Below are positions 22,505 to 33,215 of a DNA stretch of 60,842 bases, piece after piece. Origin of the DNA: an uncultured cyanobacterium (lineage in GTDB: Bacteria; Cyanobacteriota; Cyanobacteriia; Leptolyngbyales; Leptolyngbyaceae). A program made the translations under genes and the position numbers. The first letter of the stretch is position 1, and each line of letters begins with the position of its first letter. Location: the NCBI GenBank assembly GCA_963766075.1, contig CAVYAN010000122.1:1-60842 (forward strand). The letters are read 5' to 3'. The notes below the pieces were generated by a model. That model saw nothing but the letters and a program-made list of their open reading frames with translations, did not search any database and had not been told where the DNA came from.

Positions 22505-23530
22505 ATGAGTCAATATTCTGAACTGACGGCGGCGATCGCCCAAGCGACCCAAGCCACCGAAGACGCATTGCCGATTCGCAATCCGTTTTGTCGTTCGCAG
22601 TTTTTCTGGCAGCCGCAACGGCCCCGCCGCGTCTGTCTTTTTTTCCATGGGTTCACGGCAGGGCCTTACCAGTTTGTTCCCATGGCCAAAACATTTTTTA
22701 ACGCGGGCTACACCGTGTTGATTCCCCGTCTGCCGGGACATGGACAGGCAGGCACCTGGGATCGGCAGAATCCGCCGCCCCTGCCTATGGATCCGGTGGT
22801 TTACCAAAAATTTGCCTTGGACTGGTTAGCTAAAGCCCAGCAGTTGGGGGATGACGTGATTGTAGGGGGGCTGTCGGCGGGGGGGACCCTTGCCGCTTGG
22901 TTAGCGCTGGAACGTCCTCAAGCGATTGATCGGACGCTGCTGTTTGCGGCGTATTTAAGCGGGAGTAGCAAGATCCTGGATTTCTTTGTGAAGCGGATCA
23001 ATTCCTATTTTGAATGGATTCCGGTTGGTCCTGTGCCGCCCATGGTGTACGGGTACAAAGGCTTTTTAGTCCCGGCGATGCGGGTATTTCTGGACATGGG
23101 CGGGGATATTTTAAAGCGGGCGGCCCAGATCTCTGCTCCACCCACGTTTATTGTTTCCAGCGAGAGCGACATTGCGGTGGGAAATTTTGACCATCAGGAT
23201 TTGTTTGAAAAGCTGCTGCCGAATCAGCCGATGACGTGGTACAACAATTTGCCCAAGGCACTGGAAATTCCCCACTCGATGACCACGCAACTGGAAGGCA
23301 ACCGCTGGGAGAATGTGCTGAACACTATGGCCAAGGCGTTTGTGGAAAGCTCGCTCACCTGGGCCGAAGTGGAGGAAATTGGCTACCGGATGACCGCAGG
23401 CAAAACGTTTAATCAAGTGGTGGCAGAACTAAAGCTAACGGCTAAAGCCTCACCCGATATGCCCGCCATGATGACGATGGTGGATAAGCGGGCGATCGCA
23501 CTACGCCGTAGCGGTCAGATGGATGCGTAG
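22505..23530 (+). CDS. alpha/beta hydrolase (esterase/lipase)
   Basis: FFHGFT, LPGHG and the GLSAGG nucleophile elbow. Confidence 0.88.
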   Translation: MSQYSELTAAIAQATQATEDALPIRNPFCRSQFFWQPQRPRRVCLFFHGFTAGPYQFVPMAKTFFNAGYTVLIPRLPGHGQAGTWDRQNPPPLPMDPVVYQKFALDWLAKAQQLGDDVIVGGLSAGGTLAAWLALERPQAIDRTLLFAAYLSGSSKILDFFVKRINSYFEWIPVGPVPPMVYGYKGFLVPAMRVFLDMGGDILKRAAQISAPPTFIVSSESDIAVGNFDHQDLFEKLLPNQPMTWYNNLPKALEIPHSMTTQLEGNRWENVLNTMAKAFVESSLTWAEVEEIGYRMTAGKTFNQVVAELKLTAKASPDMPAMMTMVDKRAIALRRSGQMDA

Positions 23531-23868
23531 TCCCGACAGCCGTGGCACGGTCCCTCCGGCCTGACGGAGCAGCGCAACACCTCGGAATGGGCGTTGTACA
23601 GACAGGTGACATCCCCAATCACCCAGCGCCCCGCCCACAAACTGCCCTCCGTCGGCACCGAAGACTTCTGCACATACAGTGCCATGCTGGCTAGGTGATA
23701 GCGCCCTGATCGCAGATGATAGCGGTGCCGCCGCTCTAACACTAAATAGGTCTGGCCCTCGATCTCTAGGTATGCACCGGGCTGGGGAGTCCAGTCCAAA
23801 TGGAGATGCCCCACGCTGGAACTGAGATCACTCAGGATGATTTCCGTGGATAAAGCAGGCAACGCCAT
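23515..23868 (-). CDS. DUF6464-like protein
   Basis: PQPGAYL, LERRHRY and IGDVTCLYNAHSEVLRCSVRPEGPC motifs. Confidence 0.75.
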   Translation of the reverse strand: MALPALSTEIILSDLSSSVGHLHLDWTPQPGAYLEIEGQTYLVLERRHRYHLRSGRYHLASMALYVQKSSVPTEGSLWAGRWVIGDVTCLYNAHSEVLRCSVRPEGPCHGCRDYASI

Positions 23869-24085
23869 AGCAAGGGGAACAGAGATAAGTGCCTCAGTAT
23901 AGCAAGCGCCGGATACCGTGCTCTATAGTCCGCGCGTTGATGGATGCTGAGTGCAGTTCCAGGGGCCAAGGCGATAATTTAGCACTGTGTCCCTATGTCT
24001 CGAAATTTAAAGATTTGGGGGGATATTTAAAGGTTTGGGAAAAATAGGCTGACGCTCATGCCCTGTGCCGCAGCTGTGGCTTTAC

Positions 24086-24170
24086 AAGTTCCTTGCAGGC
24101 CGCTGGTTGCTTGAAAGCTACTGGTTGCTTGCAGGCCACTGGTTGCCTGAAGGCCACTGGTTGCTTGAAC
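24086..24170. repeat. 18-bp tandem repeat (core CTGGTTGC(T/C)TG), four copies
   Basis: caggccgctggttgcttg / aaagctactggttgcttg / caggccactggttgcctg / aaggccactggttgcttg. Confidence 0.8.
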
Positions 24171-24425
24171 ACGACTGTAGGCGCAGAGCATTCGCGAAAC
24201 AACTCGCATCGCTGAAAACTACCTTGATTCAGGGTTCTCGCCAATAGTTCAACTACTAATAGTTCAATCACCAATAGCTCAAACGGCCTCTGAGGGAATA
24301 GCCATCTTCCTGGTTTGATAGAGGCTGTGGATAACCGGGGGAGGGGAGATTGCGCTAGGTTTTCAGTTTCTTTGCCATGATTTGACAACCCTTGCACCCA
24401 TGCGGATCACCTCCGGGAATACCCT

Positions 24426-26673
24426 ATGAATCTTGCGATCGCCAAACCCACCCATCTGGTTGAGCACAACAATCCCCTCCGGATGATCACCCATTGGATT
24501 CAGCGATCGCTGGATCTCCAGGAAATTCTGAATGCGACTGCCGTTGAAGCCCAGCAATTTTTAGCGATGGATCGGGTCAAGATTTACAAATTCCACGCCG
24601 ATGGCAGTGGCCAGGTGATTGCCGAGTCTTTGGCGGCTCCGCAGCGCCTTCCTGCCTTGTTGGGCCTCAATTTTCCGGCTGATGATATTCCGCCTCACGC
24701 ACGGCAACTTTTTATTGAGGCGCGGGTGCGCAATGTTGTCGATGTGGCCTCGGGGCTGATTGGGCAAAGTCGGTTACGGGATCCGCATACGGGGAATGCT
24801 CTATCGGCAGACTGGACGGTGCGACCGCTTGATCCCTGTCACCAAGAATATCTCACCACGATGGGGGTAAAGGCGTCCTTGGGTGCGCCGATTTTTCAGC
24901 GGGAGCAGTTGTGGGGGCTGTTAGTGGCTCACCATGCCGAGCCTAAGGAAATTCCTCTGCCGCAGCTTTATGAAATTCAATTCATCGTGGATCAACTGGC
25001 GGTGGCGATCGCCCAATCCACCCTGCTCAGCGAGGTCCAAGCTAAAGCTGAACGAGAAGCCACCCTGCACCGGATTACGGCTCAGCTCCATGCCTTTGAT
25101 ACGATTGAGTTGCAGGCGGCCTTAGAAGCCACAGTCGCCGCTTTTTCTGGCTCGGGGGGACGGCTATTTCTCCAAACGGGGATCCTACCCGGCACCCAGA
25201 ATGCCGCCTTCCCGGAGGCCCTGCCCTCATCGGGTGCGCCCCAAGCATTAGATCCGATTGTTTACACCTGTGGGAGTCAACCGACTCTCCCGGCCCATGC
25301 GCCCCACACCAGGATGGAGCAGTACCATGCGATCGTCGTCCCGCTTTCAAGGTGAAAATCCGCAGCCTTGGGCGATCGCTGATCTCTACCAAACCAGCGA
25401 ATTCCGCACCTTACAGCCCGCCTTTCGTGCCACGGCCATTCGCAGTCTGTTGCTGTTGCCCCTCGTTACCCGCCAGAAAATCGTTGGGTATCTGACCATT
25501 TTTCGGGATGAATTGACGACTGAAACCCTCTGGGCGGGCTATTGTGATCCTGATCATCGGCAAGACTATCCCCGCCAGTCCTTTGACATTTGGCGACAGT
25601 CCCAAGTGGGCCAAACCCAGCCATGGCTGGCCCCCGAGCTAGAACTGGCCCTAGACCTCGCCCAAGTTTTTGCCAGTGCCATTGAACAGTACGCGCTGTA
25701 TCAGCAGATATTCAGCATGAATGCCACGCTAGAAGCTCAGGTGCAGCAGCGAACGGCCCAACTGGCCCAAACGCTTCAGGATTTGCAGCAGACCCAAACC
25801 CAACTGATTCAAGCGGAGAAAATGTCGAGCCTGGGGCACTTGGTGGCGGGCATTGCCCATGAAATTAACAACCCCGTGAATTTTATTCATGGCAACATTG
25901 TCCATGCGAGCGCGTACATGGAAACGCTGCTGCGCTGTGTGCAGATCTGCCGGGATCGGATTGATGCCGGTGATCTCGCCAGTCAAGCGCTGCTGGCAGA
26001 ACTGGATATAGAGTTTGTGATGGAGGATGTGGTGAAAGTGATGGCCTCCATGGAAGTCGGCGCTGAACGCATTCGGGAAATCGTACTGTCCCTACGAAAC
26101 TTTTCGCGGCTGGATCAGGCTGATGTGAAACCTGTCGATCTCCATGAAGGGTTGGACAGTACCCTGATGATTTTGCAGCATCGGCTCAAGGCAAGCGTGG
26201 ATCGGCCAGAAATTCAGCTCGTGCAACACTATGGAGAATTACCTCCGGTGGAATGCTATGCCAGCCAAATCAACCAAGTGTTTATGAATATCCTCGCGAA
26301 TGCCATTGATGCCTTGGAAAACCACAACGGGCACCGCTCTTTTAAAGAAATTCAGAAGCAACCCAATGTCATTACGATCGCCACGCAGCTCATCAACCCC
26401 GACCAGGTGAGAGTCACGATTTCGGACAATGGGGCGGGTATGACCAAGGCTGTGCAGGCCAAGATCTTTGATCCATTTTACACGACTAAGCCGATTGGCC
26501 AAGGGACAGGCTTGGGCCTTGCCATCAGCTACCAAATTATTGTGGAGAAGCATGGGGGCCGGATTGAGTGCATGTCTGCACCAGGGCAAGGGACGGCGTT
26601 TGTCATTGATCTGCCTCGCCTGCCTGGACTTAAGCTGACACCCACTGGAGCGATCGCCCACTCAATAGAATAA
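24426..26673 (+). CDS. knotless (Cph2-like) phytochrome GAF-PHY histidine kinase; frameshift near 25335
   Basis: FPADDIP and DPCHQEYL bilin-binding GAF, PHY tongue PRQSF, H-box AGIAHEINNP, FYTTKPIGQGTGLGL. Confidence 0.88.
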
Positions 26674-26752
26674 GCCCGCGTCCAGAATCCTGTAGCCCGC
26701 CGTCTACTGTGCCGCCCATACCGCGTTACAGAATTCTGCCACCCGATTGAAG

Positions 26753-26791
26753 AGCGCTCTTTCCCAATCATGCGGATTGGGAAAGAGCGCT
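26753..26791. terminator. 17-bp perfect hairpin between convergent kinase and EF-G genes
   Basis: agcgctctttcccaatc-atgcg-gattgggaaagagcgct. Confidence 0.7.
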
Positions 26792-26797
26792 AGGGGG

Positions 26798-28885
26798 CTA
26801 AGAGGCTGCCGCTTGCCGTTCTTTAGCCTGTTTGATCACTTCTTCAGCCACATTGCTGGGGCAGGGAGCGTAGTGAGAGAAGGACATGGAGAACTGGCCC
26901 CGACCCGAGGTCATGGTCCGCAAATCGCCAATGTAGCCAAACATCTCGCTCAAGGGCACATCTGCCTTGATGCGTGCCCCAGTCGCACTGGTTTCCTGGG
27001 ACTTGATCATGCCGCGACGGCGGTTCAAGTCACCGATCACATCGCCCATGTAGTCATCGGGAGTGAAGACATCGACGTTCATGATCGGCTCCAGCAGCTG
27101 GGGGCCGGCCTTGGGAATGGACTGCCGATAGGCGGCTTTGGCCGCGATTTCAAAGGCAATCGCCGACGAGTCCACCGCGTGGTAGCACCATCCGTCAGGG
27201 TGAACTTGAGGTCCACACAGGGGAATCCCGCCAACACGCCCTGGTCGATGCTGTTGGCAAAGCCTTTTTCCACCGCGGGCCAGTATTCCTTCGGCACGGT
27301 ACCGCCCGTCACCTTGGACTCAAACTGGAAGCCACTGCCCGGTTCACCCGGCTCCACAATGTAGTCGATTTTGCCATACTGACCGGAACCACCCGGACTG
27401 CTTCTTGTGGGTGTAGCTGTCTTCCACGCGCTTCGTAATCGATTCGCGGTAGGCCACCTGGGGTTCGCCCACTTCCACTTCGACCCCGTGGGTCCGCCGC
27501 AGAATGTCCACCTTAATGTCGAGGTGCAACTCACCCATGCCCTTCAGGATGGTTTCGCCGCTTTCTTCATCGGTCATCATGTGGAAAGAGGGATCTTCCT
27601 GGACCATCTTGCTGAGGGCCATGCCCATCTTTTCTTCGCCGCCCTTCACCTTGGGTTTGACGGAGATAGAGATCACGGGATCCGGGAAGACCATGGGTTC
27701 CAGGGTCGCCGGATTTTTGGGATCACACAGCGTATGGCCCGTGCGGACGTTCTTCATCCCAACAATCGCCACAATGTCTCCGGCCTGAGCCGAATCGATT
27801 TCTTCGCGGGAATTGGCATGCATTTCCACCAGGCGGCTGACCCGCTCGGTTTTGCCCGTGGCGGTGTTGAGGACGGTGTCCCCCTTGCTCAAGGTGCCGG
27901 AATACAGGCGGGTAAAGGTGAGTGCTCCAAAGCGATCGTCCATGATCTTGAACGCCAGGGCGCGCAAGGGACGATCGGGATCAACGAGGGCAAAGTTGCC
28001 CGTTTCCTCACCTTCCAGATCGACCTCGGGTTGTGGGTTGACTTCCATCGGGTTAGGCAAGTAGTCCACCACCGCATCCAGCACCAACTGCACGCCCTTA
28101 TTCTTAAAGGACGAGCCACAGTAGGTCGGGAAGAAGGCCATGTCGCGGGTGCCCTTGCGGATACAGCGCTTGATGTCTTCAATCGACAGCTCTTCGCCTT
28201 CTAGATATTTCTCCATCAGGTCGTCGTCTTGCTCGACCGCCAATTCCACCAACTGTTCTCGGTAGGTTTCCACGGCATCCACCATGTCCTCAGGCACATC
28301 GGTAATTTGATACCCCATCGGATCGCCAGAGTTATCCCAGATCCAGGCCTTGCGGGTGAGCAGATCGACTACACCCGTAAACTGATCTTCAATCCCAATC
28401 GGGAGAACCATGACCATCGGTTTGGCAGCCAGCACTTGGTCAACTTGCTTCACGACCCGATAAAAATCGCCCCCGGTCCGATCCAGCTTGTTGATATAGA
28501 TAATCCGAGCGACTTTGGAGTCGTTGGCATAGCGCCAGTTGGTTTCGGACTGAGGTTCTACGCCCCCAGAAGCGCAAAACACGCCAATACCGCCATCCAG
28601 AACCTTGAGGGAGCGATATACTTCAATGGTGAAGTCAACGTGCCCAGGGGTGTCAATGATGTTCAGTTGATGATCATTCCAGAAACAGGTGGTGGCAGCG
28701 GACTGAATCGTGATCCCCCGCTCCTGCTCCTGCTCCATGAAGTCTGTCGTTGCCGCGCCTTCATGGACCTCACCGATTTTATGGATCTTGCCGGTTAGTT
28801 TCAGGATTCTTTCAGTTGTAGTGGTTTTTCCGGCATCCACATGCGCGAAGATACCGATGTTGCGATAGCGAGTGAGGTCTTTCAT
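26798..28885 (-). CDS. fusA: elongation factor G, stand-alone paralog; frameshifts near 27392 and 27186
   Basis: [34 protein letters not shown] and DSSAIAF across three ORFs; no rpsL, rpsG or tuf adjacent. Confidence 0.93.
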
Positions 28886-29247
28886 AGTTGTTCTCTAGTT
28901 TAAACGCGACAAACTGGGGATAGCCACCTGCAAGGGACTTCGAGGGAATTCAGTGTTGCCTTTGTCGCCCAGGGGTAGGCGCTGCACACAGAGGAGGTTC
29001 GCGCCCAAAGCAATGGACCTTGCCCAGGCTGAGCAGCGGAATCTCCCAGAGGGAACGCTCCACATTTCAAGATGGACTTGGTGTATCAGGAAACCTGGCT
29101 CCCACCGTGACGCCATTACTAATTGTAAAGTGTTCGGGGCCAAGGTTGAAAACTTTGGGAAGATTCGATCTGAGGGCGATCGCCCTCGGACAGCTTTCCT
29201 GGATTTAGGGCATAACTTGCTTGCAGATGGTGGTTAATTAGTATGGA

Positions 29248-30609
29248 CTACAGCACCCGGAGCGTACTGGCTACTGAACTCACGGCGGCCATGGTTTCGA
29301 TCTCGGCCAATGCCTGCCGGAAATTTCCCTCTGGCACATCGTGGGTCACGACGACAATCTCGGCCACGGCCCCCCGCACATCGGTTTGGACGACGGACTC
29401 TAGACTGACTTGGTGATCGCCAAAGCAGGTGCCCAGCTTGCCAATGACACCGGGCGTGTCGTTGGTAATGAACCGGGCATAGAAGCGGGTGACTAGCTCT
29501 GCCATGGGCGCAATGGTGCAATAGTGCTGGTGCGAACACGCGAGCAAGGGATCCAGCACGGGTGTGCCGTTGGCTTGCTTGGCCGTGGCGCGATCGCCCG
29601 TCAAAATCGCAGCAATATTCAGAACATCCGACACGACCGCACTGGCCGTGGGTCCCTCGCCCGCCCCCGGCCCAAAAAACATCACCTGACCAATGGGATC
29701 GCCTTCGATCAGAATGGCGTTATTTACGTCATTAATGCTGGCCAGGGGATGGGCCTTGGGCACGAGGGTGGGATGGACCCGCACTTGAAGATGTTCGGTG
29801 AGCGGATCCGTTAGACTTTCCTGACCCGTGGGCGGGTTGCGACGAGCCACCCCCAGCAGTTTGATCACAAAGCCTAGCTTGTCCGCGTAGGCAATGTCGG
29901 CAGCACTGACTTGGCGAATGCCTTCACAATGGACCTCCGGTAGTTTAATCCGCCCACCAAAGGCCAGGGAAGCCAGAATTGCAATTTTGTCAGCGGCATC
30001 AAACCCGTCTACATCGGCGCTGGGGTCAGCTTCCGCGTAGCCGAGCTGCTGGGCATCCTGCAAGACCGCTGCAAAGTCGGCTCCTTCCTGCTGCATCCGC
30101 GTGAGGATGTAGTTGGTGGTGCCGTTGATGATGCCTGTGACACTGGTGATGCGGTTGCTACAGAGGGATTGCTTTAGGGGTTCGATGACGGGAATTCCCC
30201 CAGCTACTGCCGCTTCCAGCAGCACGTATACCCCTTGGGCTGCCGCCGCCGTAAAGATTTCGTCGCCAAAGCGGGAGATGACGGCTTTATTCGCCGTGAC
30301 GACATGTTTGCCATGGGCGATCGCCATCAGGATCAGCGATCGCGCTGGTTCCAGGCCCCCCATCACTTCCACCACAATATCCACAGCGGGATCGGTGACA
30401 ATCGCCTCTAAGTCTGTCGTTAGCAACTCGGGCGACAGGGGCACGGCCCGTGGTTTATCCAGAGACTTCACCCCCACCCGATGCAGAATCAACTCCTGGA
30501 GTAACGGGTGGCGCTGGGCGGGGTCCTGCAAAATTTTGACCGTGCCCGTGCCCACCGTTCCCAAGCCCAACAAACCAATTTTGAATCCCACGATTCCGCG
30601 TCCCTGCAT
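29248..30609 (-). CDS. hom: homoserine dehydrogenase with ACT domain
   Basis: GLGTVG, VVTANK, NGTTNYIL, GYAEADP and GPGAG. Confidence 0.94.
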   Translation of the reverse strand: MQGRGIVGFKIGLLGLGTVGTGTVKILQDPAQRHPLLQELILHRVGVKSLDKPRAVPLSPELLTTDLEAIVTDPAVDIVVEVMGGLEPARSLILMAIAHGKHVVTANKAVISRFGDEIFTAAAAQGVYVLLEAAVAGGIPVIEPLKQSLCSNRITSVTGIINGTTNYILTRMQQEGADFAAVLQDAQQLGYAEADPSADVDGFDAADKIAILASLAFGGRIKLPEVHCEGIRQVSAADIAYADKLGFVIKLLGVARRNPPTGQESLTDPLTEHLQVRVHPTLVPKAHPLASINDVNNAILIEGDPIGQVMFFGPGAGEGPTASAVVSDVLNIAAILTGDRATAKQANGTPVLDPLLACSHQHYCTIAPMAELVTRFYARFITNDTPGVIGKLGTCFGDHQVSLESVVQTDVRGAVAEIVVVTHDVPEGNFRQALAEIETMAAVSSVASTLRVL

Positions 30610-30778
30610 AAGGTGTCAACCCATCCATTGTAGGGGGTTGGGGGCGCTACTATGGGACAAAGCTCTGCCGGTTATCCGGCCCCGATCTGACGTTAATCTC
30701 GTCCAAATGGAGGCCCTCCTCGGTATACCGGATCGGGCATCACGAATTGGCAAAATTTACTGAACTGTAGAGTCCTGC

Positions 30779-31273
30779 ATGCTGCTTTCCCAACTGTTTG
30801 ACCTGGCTAACCTTTTTGTCCTGCCCTTCTGGGCCTTGATGATTTTGCTACCCAACTGGGGGGTAACCCGGCGGATCATGACCTCCTACATTCCATTCAT
30901 CCTGTTGGCTGGGCTGTACTTGTATTTATTTCTCAGTTCCATTACGCCGGAAAACGCCGCTGCACTGGCCAATCCCACCCTAGAAGATATTGCGCGCTTT
31001 TTTGCGGATGAAGCGGCGGCGGCCACGGGCTGGACCCACTTTTTAGTGATGGATTTATTTGTTGGTCGGTGGATTTACTGGGAAGGGCAACGCACCGGAA
31101 CCTGGACGCTGCATTCCATCGCCCTCTGTCTTTTTGCGGGGCCTTTAGGGCTGTTGTCCCACATTGCCACGACTGCAATCGCCCAACGCTTCTTTCCCCC
31201 AGCAGCAGTGCCCTCACCGGCCATCGCCACGGCTGCCGGTACCCCGACCCAGGACGAAACCGCCACTCCCTAA
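30779..31273 (+). CDS. ABA4-like (DUF4281) membrane protein
   Basis: PFWALMILLPNW, WTHFLVMDLFVGRW and GPLGLLSH. Confidence 0.85.
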   Translation: MLLSQLFDLANLFVLPFWALMILLPNWGVTRRIMTSYIPFILLAGLYLYLFLSSITPENAAALANPTLEDIARFFADEAAAATGWTHFLVMDLFVGRWIYWEGQRTGTWTLHSIALCLFAGPLGLLSHIATTAIAQRFFPPAAVPSPAIATAAGTPTQDETATP

Positions 31274-31521
31274 ATCAGTTTGCTCCAGCGCCTTCAGCAC
31301 CTCTCGTCTAACCGCTAAGCGGCAACCTCACCCGATTGGAGGATGCCGTAACACTCTGTCAGCAGCGACTCTAAGGGGGCCACAGGGCTGGGTCCATGGG
31401 CTGATCTCATATGGGTGAATCCGGCGGTTCCTCTCGGGGGGGCTGCGCTTTGCAGTGCGCTTGACGACTGCTTGAATCCGTCCTTGGGCGGGTAATTTTC
31501 ACGGGCAATTTCCACTGTGCT

Positions 31522-32886
31522 ATGGCAATGGTTGAAGAGACTGGCGATCGCAAACAATGCCCAAAACAACTGCGGATAGCAGCGGAATTCAATCGCCTCC
31601 TGGCAGACTTTGCCCTGCGCGTGCATGGGTCGATTAATGCCCAGGACAATATTCAAGAGATTTTGCAGACAACGGTTGCCGAAGTCCGCCAATGTCTGCG
31701 GGCAGACCGAGTGGCGGTCAGCCAGTTAGACTCAGAAGGGAACGGGCGGACGATTGCTGAAGCCGTGGATGTGGCGTTGTGGAATTCCACCCTGGCCTGG
31801 GTTACGCCTGTGCAGGAGATGCCGGCTGTCTACAAATTGTTCGAGCAGGATCGGATCCGCATCGTAGACGACACGACGCAAACGCCACAGATGCCGCTGC
31901 TCAGCCTTTACTACCAGCGTTTTCATGTGAAATCGAGCCTGACGGTGATGCTCAAGGTGCAGGGCAGAATCTTTGGCCTGCTGCATGTTCACCAATGTGC
32001 CTCTATTCGCCCATGGCAAAAGTTTGAAGTTGATTTTCTCTCCCAACTGGCGACCCAGACAGAAATTGCGCTGCAACAGGGGCAACTTTACAACCAGGTC
32101 AAAACCTTGGCCTCTAGCTTGGAGCAGCAGGTGAGGGCGCGGACGGCTGAATTGCAGCAGCGGATGGAAGAACTGCAAACCGTTAGCCAGCAGCGCGAAT
32201 TGCTGTTGCATGCGGTTTCCCACGATCTGCGTACCCCTGTTCAAGGCATGTTGATGGTGTTGCAGCGGTTGAGCCGCCTGGGTGGGCCTGAGGTGATGGT
32301 GCCCATGTCCACGGTGAATCTTATGCGGCAAAGTTGCGAAACCCAATTGGATTTGCTGAGTTCGCTGTGCCATGATTCTGATCGGGATGGGGGATCTGTC
32401 GATCGGGCTGGAACGAGGCCCATGGATCTCCAGCAGCTTTTACAAGTGCCTCTGCGGGAAATTGCTTCTCTCGTGCAGCAAAATCATACGTCGGTGATTA
32501 ATCAAATTCCCTCTGATTTGCCGCCGCCGTCGATTGCGCCCCAGGAGCTTCAACGGGTTTACGACCATCTGCTGACGAATGCCATTACGCACAATCCGCC
32601 TGGAACGGCGATTACCCTAGGAGCGGAGTGGGTGGCGTCCCCTGGCGCTCATTTGCTATGCACGGTTACAGATGACGGCACGGGGCTGACCACGGCCCAG
32701 CGCGATCGCCTCTTTCATTTGTACGTGCGGGGTCTAGACAATCCGCACTTGACGGGAATTGGTTTGGGGCTATACCAATGTCACCAGATCATCACGGCCC
32801 ACGGTGGCAAAATTGGTGTGACCAGTACTCCGGGTAGCGGCACGCAGGTGTGGTTTACGTTGCCATTGGTCGCATCATGTTCGTGA
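31522..32886 (+). CDS. GAF-domain sensor histidine kinase
   Basis: GAF with LLHVHQC...RPW, H-box SHDLRTP, LTNAI and GIGLGL. No chromophore Cys at the usual CH position. Confidence 0.88.
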   Translation: MAMVEETGDRKQCPKQLRIAAEFNRLLADFALRVHGSINAQDNIQEILQTTVAEVRQCLRADRVAVSQLDSEGNGRTIAEAVDVALWNSTLAWVTPVQEMPAVYKLFEQDRIRIVDDTTQTPQMPLLSLYYQRFHVKSSLTVMLKVQGRIFGLLHVHQCASIRPWQKFEVDFLSQLATQTEIALQQGQLYNQVKTLASSLEQQVRARTAELQQRMEELQTVSQQRELLLHAVSHDLRTPVQGMLMVLQRLSRLGGPEVMVPMSTVNLMRQSCETQLDLLSSLCHDSDRDGGSVDRAGTRPMDLQQLLQVPLREIASLVQQNHTSVINQIPSDLPPPSIAPQELQRVYDHLLTNAITHNPPGTAITLGAEWVASPGAHLLCTVTDDGTGLTTAQRDRLFHLYVRGLDNPHLTGIGLGLYQCHQIITAHGGKIGVTSTPGSGTQVWFTLPLVASCS

Positions 32887-33215
32887 TCGTTTTTAGGATG
32901 ATGTCGGTTGACTCAACCTTTTGCGATTGGTTAATCAGGAATTGATGGTGGACGGGACACCATGTCTATATATTTGGATCCGCATTTGGAGTAGGCGATC
33001 GCCGCTTGGGCTAAGGGTATTCATTGGACTGGAGAGGCAGCGATCGCTAAGATACAGCAAGCTTTTGCCAAGTTTAGAGACAATCGCCATTGGGTAAGTT
33101 AAGACTGACTAGAGGCTTTATTTCAGTCTTTTTATGAAGATGCTGCGGATGCCTGCGGAAGTGCATTGCTTCAGCTATTTCTTCCTGAAGTTTTTTATTC
33201 TTTGCCACTCCATCA

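Noticed and set aside
23979..24006. TTAGCACT as a CIRCE element for HrcA
   Set aside because: The right arm GAGTGCTAA is absent at the 9-nt spacing.
24086..24282. Repeat clusters as a possible CRISPR array
   Set aside because: The units are contiguous 15-18 bp copies with no unique spacers, and there are no cas genes.
31522..32100. GAF domain as a cyanobacteriochrome
   Set aside because: It lacks the chromophore-binding Cys-His and the Asp motif.
32962..33102. Short frame MSIYLDPHLE*AIAAWAKG... with an internal TAG, as possible readthrough or pseudogene
   Set aside because: Too short and without recognisable homology; cannot be supported.
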